Virus record (IMG/VR): IMGVR_UViG_3300033069_001819
Location: 5,241-69,240 of that record
DNA from: a virus
Lineage: Duplodnaviria; Caudoviricetes
Length of the DNA stretch: 64,000 nt
Reading direction: 5' to 3' (one strand)
Shown here: positions 17,899-26,540 of the stretch, piece after piece
Numbering within the stretch: position 1 is the stretch's first letter
How the letters are laid out: every line of letters begins with the position of its first letter
Made by a program: the position numbers and the translations under genes
The notes under the pieces: generated by a model
What the model was told of the DNA's origin: nothing
What the model saw: the letters and a program-made list of their open reading frames with translations, nothing else
The model's database searches: none

Positions 17899-18179
17899 GC
17901 CGAAAGGCCGAGCGAGCGGAAGACGCCGTCGCCTATCTGACGGAGTGCACCCTGGCCACCGTGGAGTGGCTGTCGATGCGGAAAAAACCGCCTGCGCACG
18001 AATACAATCGACAGATCGCGATCGCGGATATCGGGCTCGATTTCTGTAAGACGTTCTGTACGAAACATTCCGGTCGTATCAAAACTCTGCTTGACCGAAA
18101 CCTGTCGGTGCCGGAATGGGCCCAGGAGATCCGGGACAAGCATCAATCGAAACCCGAAGAAGGAGAACGTAAGGAATGA
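17895..18179 (+). CDS. Hypothetical protein
   Basis: ATGA overlap; probable start 17895. Confidence 0.7.
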   Translation: MSRKAERAEDAVAYLTECTLATVEWLSMRKKPPAHEYNRQIAIADIGLDFCKTFCTKHSGRIKTLLDRNLSVPEWAQEIRDKHQSKPEEGERKE

Positions 18180-18907
18180 GCGATTCTGATTTTGTCCACA
18201 TCAATCTGGATTCCGGACCTGATGGCGAGCCACAGGTGCAGCTCTCCGGGTATCCCGGAGAGCTCAACTTCTCTCTCGAGCAGTTCGGGCAATACGTATA
18301 CGAGCACCCGGATCTGTTCGCGGAGCGTGCGATCTATTCGTCCTCCTGTGACTTTCCGGAGGAACACGGCTTTCCGGACGATTTCGACGTGCGGGAGTTC
18401 ATCGAGAGGAAGATCTGCGAAACGTGCGGCGCTCTGCACGTTCGATTGGTGAATGACACAGCCGAAGACGGCACGGTCACAGGCAAGATCGTGATTTACC
18501 GCGGCCGTGAGCAGCCGGAGACTCGCTACACGATCGACGAGCTGCTCGCAGCGATCAAAGAGGATCCGGACAGGTTTCTTCACGGCCAAATCATGTTCAA
18601 CGCATCCTGCGACCATCCGGACATCTTTCACCTCCCGGCTCAGTTCAACCTTCAGAACCTTTTCCGGTCGCTGACGAGACGTTATCCAGCCGGCGCATAC
18701 GAAGCACGACCTCCGCAAGAGGACGCACTCATCGCCGCGGCCTTCAAGGCTCTGCGGGCGTTGTGTCACATACCGAATCGAACGATCCAGGCGGCGCCGA
18801 ACAGAGTGACGACCTACGACATCGCGAGCGAGCTGGAACGGGCCCTGGCTGCCGTTATCGGCTGCGAAGTTGGCGATCTTATGGCCACCGAGAAGTACGA
18901 GCTCTGA
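18176..18907 (+). CDS. Hypothetical acidic protein with internal duplication
   Basis: Two similar segments (EHPDLFAERAIYSSSCDFPE and EDPDRFLHGQIMFNASCDHPD). Confidence 0.75.
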   Translation: MSDSDFVHINLDSGPDGEPQVQLSGYPGELNFSLEQFGQYVYEHPDLFAERAIYSSSCDFPEEHGFPDDFDVREFIERKICETCGALHVRLVNDTAEDGTVTGKIVIYRGREQPETRYTIDELLAAIKEDPDRFLHGQIMFNASCDHPDIFHLPAQFNLQNLFRSLTRRYPAGAYEARPPQEDALIAAAFKALRALCHIPNRTIQAAPNRVTTYDIASELERALAAVIGCEVGDLMATEKYEL

Positions 18908-18949
18908 CATCAAGCAGCATCTGGCTTTTGCGAGGGAGAGGATCTGAAC

Positions 18950-19414
18950 ATGGGCTGGTTCGGAGGACACTGGCTGAACCGCAAGGGCGTGATTGAAGAA
19001 CTCACGACCGGGCGGGACGAAGAAACGGCGGAGGGCGGCACGAAACGAAGAACGATTGTCCGCGTGCTGCGGCACTGCTACCGCGGTAATGCGTTCTCGG
19101 GTGTGCTGTGGTCCGTCTGGGAAAGTACCGTGCAGCTGGACGGCGTCCAGCTGCATCACGGACGCTGGATCAATTGTGACCTGCTGCAGTACTGGACAGA
19201 GACCTCGAACGGCCAGGTGCCCGGCTGGCACTACCGTCCGCTCGGCGACGAAAGGCAGTGGCCGTACTACTACTCGTGCCCGCTGGGCTACCTGGACCTG
19301 GTTCCGGAGAGTGTTTATCCGGAGCTTGTGAACCAGGAGTGGCGAATACTCGTGCGGCTGCAACACAAAGAAAGGCGGAAGAAGAGAAATGCCCGACGTG
19401 TTTCGATGGCGTAA
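18950..19414 (+). CDS. DUF6927-like protein of mobile elements
   Basis: MGW start; LWSVWE, I.CDLL, PYYYSCPLGYLDLVP, EWR motifs. Confidence 0.65.
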   Translation: MGWFGGHWLNRKGVIEELTTGRDEETAEGGTKRRTIVRVLRHCYRGNAFSGVLWSVWESTVQLDGVQLHHGRWINCDLLQYWTETSNGQVPGWHYRPLGDERQWPYYYSCPLGYLDLVPESVYPELVNQEWRILVRLQHKERRKKRNARRVSMA

Positions 19415-19766
19415 GGAGCAACTGCAGCAGACGGTGCACGGCACGCTTGCCGTGCAGTGCGAGTACAAGGTAGGCGTCAGGGACGGGAATGAGGTGGCGT
19501 ACTCCTTGTACCTGGAGCGCCGCGAGATAGCCGCGTCGTCGCTCTCGTACGTAGCGGACGGGTCTTACATGCAGGACAAAGCGCAGGTCATTGACTGGTG
19601 CCTGCAGCAATATGTCAGGCAGCTGAAAGAAGACGGTTACGAGCCGGAGGATGAGCCCTGGCCGCTCGTGCTTGCCGTAATCGATCCCGAGACGGACCAG
19701 TGGCACGAGTACGACGTTGCCGCGGAGTTCGCCCCGCGCTTCCACGTAACGCCTCGCGGGCACTGA
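19389..19766 (+). CDS. Hypothetical protein
   Basis: 125-aa ORF in the operon. Confidence 0.7.
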   Translation: MPDVFRWRKEQLQQTVHGTLAVQCEYKVGVRDGNEVAYSLYLERREIAASSLSYVADGSYMQDKAQVIDWCLQQYVRQLKEDGYEPEDEPWPLVLAVIDPETDQWHEYDVAAEFAPRFHVTPRGH

Positions 19767-19775
19767 ACGACCGGT

Positions 19776-19790
19776 TAAAACCAGTTTTTG
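19776..19790. repeat. Dispersed palindrome copy 4 (TAAAACCAGTTTTTG, 4-A arm)
   Basis: Read directly; intergenic, abuts GGAG RBS of ATG 19800. Confidence 0.9.
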
Positions 19791-19799
19791 GAGCTGAAT

Positions 19800-20075
19800 A
19801 TGAAGCTCGAACCGGGAACGGTTTGGGAGTGTGTCCGGGCCATTGACCTGGGCGAATACGAGACGATCCTCGTCAAGAAAAAGCCCGTGCGCGTCGTGAC
19901 CTGGCATCTCGGACGTGAGCCGGACTACACGCGAGACGACGTCACCCACGTGCACGTGCAGTTCCTGGCCTGCACATCAATCGGCGGTGGTTGGCAGAAA
20001 AGCTACAAGGCGAACAAGCCAGTACTTCGATTAAGGGAAGAAACAACGAATGAACCAGACACTGCTGCAGTATGA
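19800..20075 (+). CDS. Hypothetical protein
   Basis: GGAG RBS and ATG 19800. Confidence 0.6.
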   Translation: MKLEPGTVWECVRAIDLGEYETILVKKKPVRVVTWHLGREPDYTRDDVTHVHVQFLACTSIGGGWQKSYKANKPVLRLREETTNEPDTAAV

Positions 20076-20511
20076 AGTCGAGATTCCGGATCTCCGTCAG
20101 CCTTTCGAATTCTTCGTGCCGCGGATGACCGACGAGTCTGTCGGTGGCGCGGAGCTCGTCGACAACGTCCTGACGCTCTGGATCACTGCGGACGCCACGA
20201 CACCGACGCGAGGGTACGTCGGTCAGCTCTACGCCGTCGGGGAACCCTACGAGCGGCCAAGGATCAGTATCCGGATCATCGTGCGGCGGACGATCATCAT
20301 TCCGGAGAGACAAGATCCGCGGCCTTTCTCGGACCGTATGGTTCTGCTCCTCGAACCGGACGAAGCAGAAGCAAGGCAAGAGGTCGCGAAAAAGCTACGT
20401 AAGGAGCTCGGTCCGCTCGGCGACATCATGCCGCCCGAAGTCCTCGGCAAGATCGTCGACAAAGCACTCGGCACAGGTGATCAGTCGAACAGTGATGATG
20501 AACAGGAGTGA
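20050..20511 (+). CDS. Hypothetical protein
   Basis: 153-aa ORF; last gene before the AT-rich gap. Confidence 0.65.
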   Translation: MNQTLLQYEVEIPDLRQPFEFFVPRMTDESVGGAELVDNVLTLWITADATTPTRGYVGQLYAVGEPYERPRISIRIIVRRTIIIPERQDPRPFSDRMVLLLEPDEAEARQEVAKKLRKELGPLGDIMPPEVLGKIVDKALGTGDQSNSDDEQE

Positions 20512-20520
20512 GCTAGTCGT

Positions 20521-20842
20521 CAAAATGGGCTGTTTGTAACGGTCAGGTAAGCTTGCCGCCAAAAACAGCCCTTTTTGTCGTCGTGTAAGCTGTTCTTGCT
20601 GCGCTGAACAGCATAGCCTCGAACGGAGAGGTTTTTCAATACTGAACATAAAGTACCTGACAAGTTAGTGCGGCCTTTACTTTATTCCTTCGGAATAAAG
20701 CAGGAGAGAATTTTCAAAATACCAAGAAAAAGAAAGAGAGTAACCGATTAATACGACTAATATTACTAGATTAATAACGATTAAGGGGGAATAGAGAATG
20801 AAAAATGACCTGAGTAGAGAGAAGCACGCACGAAGTGCGTGC
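20521..20842. other. AT-rich non-coding region with inverted repeats; candidate replication origin
   Basis: 38 of 120 bases are G+C in 20701-20820; hairpins at 20680-20700 and 20824-20842; inverted repeat 20521-20535 / 20563-20577. Confidence 0.55.
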
Positions 20843-20886
20843 ATATCGAAAGAAGGAATTCACCGTCGATCGAAACGAGGTAGCGC

Positions 20887-21156
20887 GTGAGCGAAAAACA
20901 AGTTGTTGACGACAGGACAGACAGTATCAAGCTGACCCTTACCGTGCGACTGGGTCTGCAGGACATGCAGAGTCAAAAAAGGGCTTTATCGCTTATCCTG
21001 TTTCGCGCAGACTTACGCGATCAGCATGAGACTGCCGAAGGTCTTCTTTCCTTGCTGGACTATCTGCAGGACGCGATTGTGGATCAGGGACTGGCGACGG
21101 AAGAAGAAGTGTTCGGTCCTGACTACGGAAAGGATTCGTGCGATGACGAAGACTGA
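20887..21156 (+). CDS. Hypothetical protein
   Basis: GAGG RBS, GTG start. Confidence 0.65.
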   Translation: MSEKQVVDDRTDSIKLTLTVRLGLQDMQSQKRALSLILFRADLRDQHETAEGLLSLLDYLQDAIVDQGLATEEEVFGPDYGKDSCDDED

Positions 21157-21376
21157 CACGAGTGCGGAACTGCTTGCGGACGATATCACTGAAAACGCCC
21201 TGGCCTACGTTCGTGCTGCGCGACGACCGCTGCTGGTTCCGGTGTATGTCGCAGACGATCCCGAGTTCGGTATCTTCATGCGGCTGCCCACGCACAGTGC
21301 GACCCGCTGGGAGCGTATCGCCGACTCTGCGGTGTGTCAGCTTTATCCAGGTGTTCCACCGGTTCGATCGACATGA
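21143..21376 (+). CDS. Hypothetical protein
   Basis: AAGGA RBS, ATG 21143. Confidence 0.55.
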   Translation: MTKTDTSAELLADDITENALAYVRAARRPLLVPVYVADDPEFGIFMRLPTHSATRWERIADSAVCQLYPGVPPVRST

Positions 21377-22287
21377 AGGTAACGCACTACTCACTGCGAC
21401 CTATGCAGAGTTCCTGGGAGCTCCCGTGGTCTCGCCGACTGGTTTTGCTCCAGACGCGGTCCGCGCAAGCTTCCACACACCGGTTTCGGGCGATGATTCG
21501 CCGGCACGTGAGCGATGCCGCCGACTGCTATCGCAAGTCTTACGACCTTGCGTGCCAGTCCAAAGATTCGTCGGACATCGGCGACGCGCTGTTCGCTGAT
21601 TCGGAAACACGCGAGGAAAAGTACCTGAAAGTCGTCTCGCAGTTGGAGCGTATCATCAACTGCCGCCCTGCTGGTTTTCTTACGCGACCGGTGTCGTACA
21701 CCTGCCGTGACCGTTTTGTGTGTCCCTGGTGCTTTGTGCGTGAGCGATTCGCTCCGATACGACGCATCATCGACATGATCAACAGCACGAACTTCGAGTT
21801 CGAGGTGCGTGTCTGGACTCAGCCCATTGGTGACGTGCCACGTAAAAACTGGTTCTCTTCTCCTCGCGGTCATGGGTTACACGGGTCGACCGATGCCTGG
21901 GCGACGGTACAGACCCTGGTCTATGACTATCTTCCGCAGTACGGTACTACCGGTCTGCGGAAGATCGTGCTGCAGTTACTTCCCGTCATGGCGGGTCGTA
22001 ACAGCGAACACAAAATACCCGCCAATGCCGAGTATTATCGGGCGTATTCCCGTGACAGACTTACAGTCGACGCCAATGTCGAGCGACTGTTCCTGGTCAA
22101 CTGGACCGAGCTGCTCACAGAGGAATTCGTGCCCAACTATGTTTTCTACCGACAATTGTGCGACAGGACGAGGTTCATGCGAATCTCGATGCTGCCCGTA
22201 CTCAGAGCGCTGCTCAAGGATAACGCTGATGTTGATTCACCCACCTCCGAAGCCGAGTCGACTCTCAACGACGACTGGGATGATTGA
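21373..22287 (+). CDS. Hypothetical protein with Rep/IS91-like Cys cluster
   Basis: ATGA overlap; INC...TCRDRFVCPWC..RER. No HUH motif seen. Confidence 0.6.
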   Translation: MKVTHYSLRPMQSSWELPWSRRLVLLQTRSAQASTHRFRAMIRRHVSDAADCYRKSYDLACQSKDSSDIGDALFADSETREEKYLKVVSQLERIINCRPAGFLTRPVSYTCRDRFVCPWCFVRERFAPIRRIIDMINSTNFEFEVRVWTQPIGDVPRKNWFSSPRGHGLHGSTDAWATVQTLVYDYLPQYGTTGLRKIVLQLLPVMAGRNSEHKIPANAEYYRAYSRDRLTVDANVERLFLVNWTELLTEEFVPNYVFYRQLCDRTRFMRISMLPVLRALLKDNADVDSPTSEAESTLNDDWDD

Positions 22288-22756
22288 GAAGTTCGAGGAG
22301 CTGGCCGATTGGGTGGAGTACTATCGCGGCGCCGCTAACGTGTACGCACGGGCCGCTGCCGCCCCGCGAGACCCTTTCATACCTCCCGTGCGTCGCGACG
22401 TGCTGAGGAGCGTTACAGGCCGCCTAGCGGCCTTGCCGATTTTTGACCTGACCTACTTCTGGTTGTCCTGCTGTCGTCTGCACGAAATGTTCATGGCCGG
22501 CATGAAGCAGGGCGCCACGCCTGTCGATATGAGCCAGGACGTTTCCTGGCAGGATCTGGACTGGGCGCACCAGAATCTGATCGTTCTGTTGGTGTCACGT
22601 GCGTCGAAACTGCTTGAAGAGGTGGCACAAACGACCGAACGGCGAGAACAAAAACAGGTCGCCGCCGGTCTGGAGGTTGACACATATCAGGTAAACGACT
22701 GGCTGAACTTCTACTTCGAGCAGGGTCAGCTGCAACGTTTTCTACCCGAAGACTGA
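22280..22756 (+). CDS. Hypothetical protein
   Basis: Probable ATG 22280 overlapping the upstream stop. Confidence 0.65.
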   Translation: MIEKFEELADWVEYYRGAANVYARAAAAPRDPFIPPVRRDVLRSVTGRLAALPIFDLTYFWLSCCRLHEMFMAGMKQGATPVDMSQDVSWQDLDWAHQNLIVLLVSRASKLLEEVAQTTERREQKQVAAGLEVDTYQVNDWLNFYFEQGQLQRFLPED

Positions 22757-22758
22757 GC

Positions 22759-23151
22759 TTACTCCGCGCTCAGGTGGTTCATCTTGCAGTCGACGAACTC
22801 CGGTTCGTTCACGTGCATGCTGATCGCGTTCTTGATCGCGACCCGGTGTCGGTTCTCGTCCCTGATGAACTTGGCCCGCTTGACGATTTCCGCGTCGGTG
22901 AGCTGGTCCTCGTAGCCCGCGCGTAACTCGCTTTCTGCGTCCCAGATACGGGCATTCGCTGTGTACAGCGCGTCAAGAAGTTGCAGCAGAACCGGGTCGC
23001 CTGTGTCAATTCCGTCGGTATAATGCGAGACCTGTTTGACGAGCAGTGCCTTGTCCATCTCGCTGTCCGGCAAGCGTTCGTACTTCAATCTTGCGATCGT
23101 AAGCCGGTCGCAAACGTCACAGATCGGTGTCGCGACAATCTTTCGTGCCAT
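22759..23151 (-). CDS. DUF6165-like protein
   Basis: DRLTIARLK...LYTANARIWDAESELR...IRDENRHRVAIKNAI matches the DUF6165 pattern. Confidence 0.7.
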   Translation of the reverse strand: MARKIVATPICDVCDRLTIARLKYERLPDSEMDKALLVKQVSHYTDGIDTGDPVLLQLLDALYTANARIWDAESELRAGYEDQLTDAEIVKRAKFIRDENRHRVAIKNAISMHVNEPEFVDCKMNHLSAE

Positions 23152-23171
23152 CGTTCGCTCCGGAGGTGCTC

Positions 23172-24320
23172 GTGTCTATCAAGTTTCTGGTTGCCAGTGA
23201 CCTTCATCTTAGCGACCGAATCTGGGCCCAGCGACCCATATTCGGCGACAGTTACCATGCTCTTGATCAAATCGTCAGCCTGGCCCTCGCTGAAAAACCT
23301 GCCGCCGTGATCCTTGCCGGCGATATTCTCAACGTACAGACAAACCCGTCCGTGCCGATTCTGCGTATGTACGAGGCTACGGAGAAGCTGCGGCGGGCTA
23401 TGATTTCCGTGCTCTACGTGCAGGGACAGCACGACTACCAGGTCGAGCCCTGGCTGTCGGCGTTCCCGAACACGCATCACCTGCAACGTCGTCCCTGGGA
23501 GTCTCCGCCCTGCCATGTCGCCGGGCTGGATTTCTCCGAGCGAACGGAACTGGTGCGACAGCTAGAGGAGCTGGCCCAACACCCTGTCGATGTTCTGGTG
23601 TTGCACCAGGTCTGGCAGGACTTCATGGGTGACATCGTCTCGCACCAGCTGTCTTCCGCCGACATCCCTGACAACGTGCGGCTTGTCGTCACCGGTGACT
23701 ATCACGTATCCAGGGTGATTGAGCGGACGACGCCCAGTGGCGTGCACCAGAAGATCCTGAGCCCCGGGTCAACGCACCTGCGGTCGATCAACGAACCGGT
23801 CGACAAGTTCGCGTACCTGGTCCACATGAGTGGTCCGTCGCCGGTACCGACTACGCTCATCCAGCCGCTGCCGCTTTCGTCGAGGCGTGTCGTACGCATC
23901 CAGCTGATGAGCTACGAGACACTGGACGAGATCTTTGCCGCGATCGACGAGGGGCTCGCAGCCGCCGCCGACTACGCGACGAAGAACGCGTTGCCGCCTG
24001 AGCTCGTCTCACCCATGCTCGTGCTCGAGCACACGGACGATACCCTGGCTGCCGTTCGGTCGATCAGGTCGAAGTATGGAAATGCTGCACACCTGTTCTA
24101 CGTGGACAGATCCAGCAGGGTTACGGCAAAAACTGGTTTTTGCGCCGAAGACCGGGCGACCGCTGTCCGGCAGGATCTGCGCTCGGCACTCGCCACTGTG
24201 CTGGATCCGCAGAAGGCACCGGCTGAGTTCGAGCTGGCGACACGGTTGTTGCAGGCCGACGACAAGAAAAATGCACTCGAAACCTGGTTTACAGGAGCAC
24301 TCACGGAGAGCGCAGAATGA
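23172..24320 (+). CDS. sbcD: SbcD/Mre11-like nuclease
   Basis: SDLH, LAGD, QGQHD, HQ, GDYH, PGS motifs; directly upstream of SbcC. Confidence 0.9.
   Translation: MSIKFLVASDLHLSDRIWAQRPIFGDSYHALDQIVSLALAEKPAAVILAGDILNVQTNPSVPILRMYEATEKLRRAMISVLYVQGQHDYQVEPWLSAFPNTHHLQRRPWESPPCHVAGLDFSERTELVRQLEELAQHPVDVLVLHQVWQDFMGDIVSHQLSSADIPDNVRLVVTGDYHVSRVIERTTPSGVHQKILSPGSTHLRSINEPVDKFAYLVHMSGPSPVPTTLIQPLPLSSRRVVRIQLMSYETLDEIFAAIDEGLAAAADYATKNALPPELVSPMLVLEHTDDTLAAVRSIRSKYGNAAHLFYVDRSSRVTAKTGFCAEDRATAVRQDLRSALATVLDPQKAPAEFELATRLLQADDKKNALETWFTGALTESAE
24126..24143. repeat. Dispersed palindrome copy 5 (GCAAAAACTGGTTTTTGC)
   Basis: Read directly; intragenic in sbcD (AKTGFC). Confidence 0.95.
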
Positions 24321-26440
24321 GAATCGATAAGGTTGAGCTGAAGAACATAGGTGTTATCCGCTCCGGCGTGTTCGATATGTCCAGCAATCTGGTCGCGCTG
24401 GTCGGACCGAACGGGTCCGGCAAGTCGACGTTGCTGAACTCGATCTACGCGGCGCTGACGAACGACTTTTCCCGCTTCGGTTCCAGCAAGGCCGCTGCGG
24501 TGAACAATGCCGCGGACGGAGAGCATGCCTATATCCGGCTGGAAGGGCAGCACCAGGGACGGAAGTTTACGCTGCTGCGATCTCTGGTGCCAGGCAAGAA
24601 CGAGTTCGTGTGGACGGGCGACAGCGTCAAGTTCACACGCGCCGACGATGTAGACGCAGAAGTACGCAATGTGCTGGGCGTGTCGAAGACGATCCTCGAC
24701 AAGTACATTTTCGTCGCCCAGGGCGACATGTTCGATTTCCTCGATCAGACGCCGAGCGTGCGAGCGAAGCTGTTTCAGCATATGTGCGGTGTCGAGGAGG
24801 CTGCCAAGGTACACCAGGCGTGCTCCGCGTTCCTGAGCCGCACGCGTGCTCACGATGTCGTGGATACGACGTCTCAGATCGACGCGGATATCACGCATTT
24901 GAACTTGGCGCTGGCTGCGGACGCGGCTGCGGTGACGAATGCGATGCATTCGATGATGTCCCCGGCGGCACGCGCTGAACTCGTGCGGCTGCTGGACGAA
25001 ACGACTGCGTACGAGAAGCAGGCCGAGGCGTACAGGAACACGGCTCACCAGGTAACGATCGCTCAGGGTAACGTGCAGGCAGCTGCAGCGCGCCTGGTTG
25101 AGCTGGATGCCACGATCGCTCCGTTACGGGAATACATCGACGCGAACGCGGAGGCTTACGCGCAGGCGAAGGCTGCGATTACCGCGGCACAGCAGGCTTC
25201 TGTCGCTGTCAATCGGATGCAGGAGCTGCTGCTGACGAGGTCGAGGCTGCAGGAGCGTATCTCGCAGCTGGTCGAGCCGGACAGCGCTCAACTGCTTTCG
25301 CCGCACGACTCGGCACAGGCCTTCGGTCTGATTGGGCAGGCACAGCGAGCGATTCAGCAGTACGATAGCGTTCGCAAGCAGCACACGAAGCAGTGCCCGA
25401 CGTGTCTGCAATCGATCCAGGACTCGCACATTCAGCTGCTGCGACAGGAGGCAGAAAAGGCGACGTCCCTGATCTCGCAGCTCGAGCCCAGGCTGAAGCT
25501 TTCGGCGTCCACGCAGCAGGCGATTACGCAGTACGCAGCGGAAAAGGCGCAGCTGACGCAGTCGTTCGAGCATGCCGACCAGCAGCTCGCCACGCTTACG
25601 TCCGTGTCGACCGCTGCTGCCGGCGTCGATCTTCGCACGCACGAATTCGTAGCGGACTACACGAGAAAGCTTCATGCGGAACAGGCAGCGCAACGTGAAA
25701 GAGCCGGGGTTGCGAACGCACTGGCCGGCTACGAATCGAGCCTGGCGGTCTGGTCGGCGGAGGCAGCGCGGGCACAGACCGCTCTTGCGTCGCTGCGCCC
25801 GCTCTCCCCTGAGTCCGCAGCCCAGTCGCGTGCACTGGTTACGCAGGCGGACGAGGCCCGTCTGTCCTACCGCGTACACCGGATGGCTCACTCGGATCGT
25901 GCTGTCGCTTGCGGTAAACTTTGGCGGCAGAAGGAGCACATTCAGGCGGAGATTGCGCGGGCAGCGAAACGGACGCAGGTTCTGGAAGTCGCTAGCCGCG
26001 TACTGGACGCGTTTCACTGGGACGCTCTTCCGAAGCGAGTGACGCAGTCGAATCTGGAGCTGCTCGTCGCGGACATTAACTCGAACCTGGTCGATTTCCA
26101 GGCACCGTTCACGGTCGAGGTGACGGACGATCTGAGCTTTCACGTGCACTTCCCGGATCGCAGGCCGCTGGACGCCAAGCAGCTGAGCGGCGGGCAGAAG
26201 GTCATGCTCGCCCTTGCGTTCCGCCTATCGCTCGACCGAATCTTCGGTGGCGGTATCGGAATGCTGTTTCTTGACGAGCCGTCCGCGGGACTGGACGTCG
26301 TCAACCAGACGATCTTCTACGAAACGCTGCGAAACATCGTCGCCCGTACGAGCGAGCCTCGACAGCTCGTTGTTGTGACGCACACGACAGGCCTCGGCAA
26401 GTTTTTCGACTCGGTTGTCGAACTGGGTACGGAAGTGTAA
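24317..26440 (+). CDS. sbcC: SbcC/Rad50-like ATPase
   Basis: Walker A GPNGSGKS, coiled coil with CPTC zinc hook, LSGGQ signature, LFLDEPS, VTH. Confidence 0.93.
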   Translation: MRIDKVELKNIGVIRSGVFDMSSNLVALVGPNGSGKSTLLNSIYAALTNDFSRFGSSKAAAVNNAADGEHAYIRLEGQHQGRKFTLLRSLVPGKNEFVWTGDSVKFTRADDVDAEVRNVLGVSKTILDKYIFVAQGDMFDFLDQTPSVRAKLFQHMCGVEEAAKVHQACSAFLSRTRAHDVVDTTSQIDADITHLNLALAADAAAVTNAMHSMMSPAARAELVRLLDETTAYEKQAEAYRNTAHQVTIAQGNVQAAAARLVELDATIAPLREYIDANAEAYAQAKAAITAAQQASVAVNRMQELLLTRSRLQERISQLVEPDSAQLLSPHDSAQAFGLIGQAQRAIQQYDSVRKQHTKQCPTCLQSIQDSHIQLLRQEAEKATSLISQLEPRLKLSASTQQAITQYAAEKAQLTQSFEHADQQLATLTSVSTAAAGVDLRTHEFVADYTRKLHAEQAAQRERAGVANALAGYESSLAVWSAEAARAQTALASLRPLSPESAAQSRALVTQADEARLSYRVHRMAHSDRAVACGKLWRQKEHIQAEIARAAKRTQVLEVASRVLDAFHWDALPKRVTQSNLELLVADINSNLVDFQAPFTVEVTDDLSFHVHFPDRRPLDAKQLSGGQKVMLALAFRLSLDRIFGGGIGMLFLDEPSAGLDVVNQTIFYETLRNIVARTSEPRQLVVVTHTTGLGKFFDSVVELGTEV

Positions 26441-26446
26441 AAGAGA

Positions 26447-26476
26447 AAGCCGCCCAGTCGGCAGTCTGGGCGGCTT
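26447..26476. terminator. GC-rich hairpin after sbcC
   Basis: AAGCCGCCCAG...CTGGGCGGCTT; lacks a plus-strand U tract. Confidence 0.45.
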
Positions 26477-26540
26477 CGAGAAAAGGAATACCTGCACTTG
26501 AAGAAAACTATATCTTCGTGCGCATTCGGAGTCAACGGGC

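Noticed and set aside
20749-20758. TAATACGACT, matching the first 10 nt of the T7 promoter
   Set aside because: The rest (CACTATAG) is absent, the region is AT-rich, and no T7-like RNA polymerase is in the window; probably chance.
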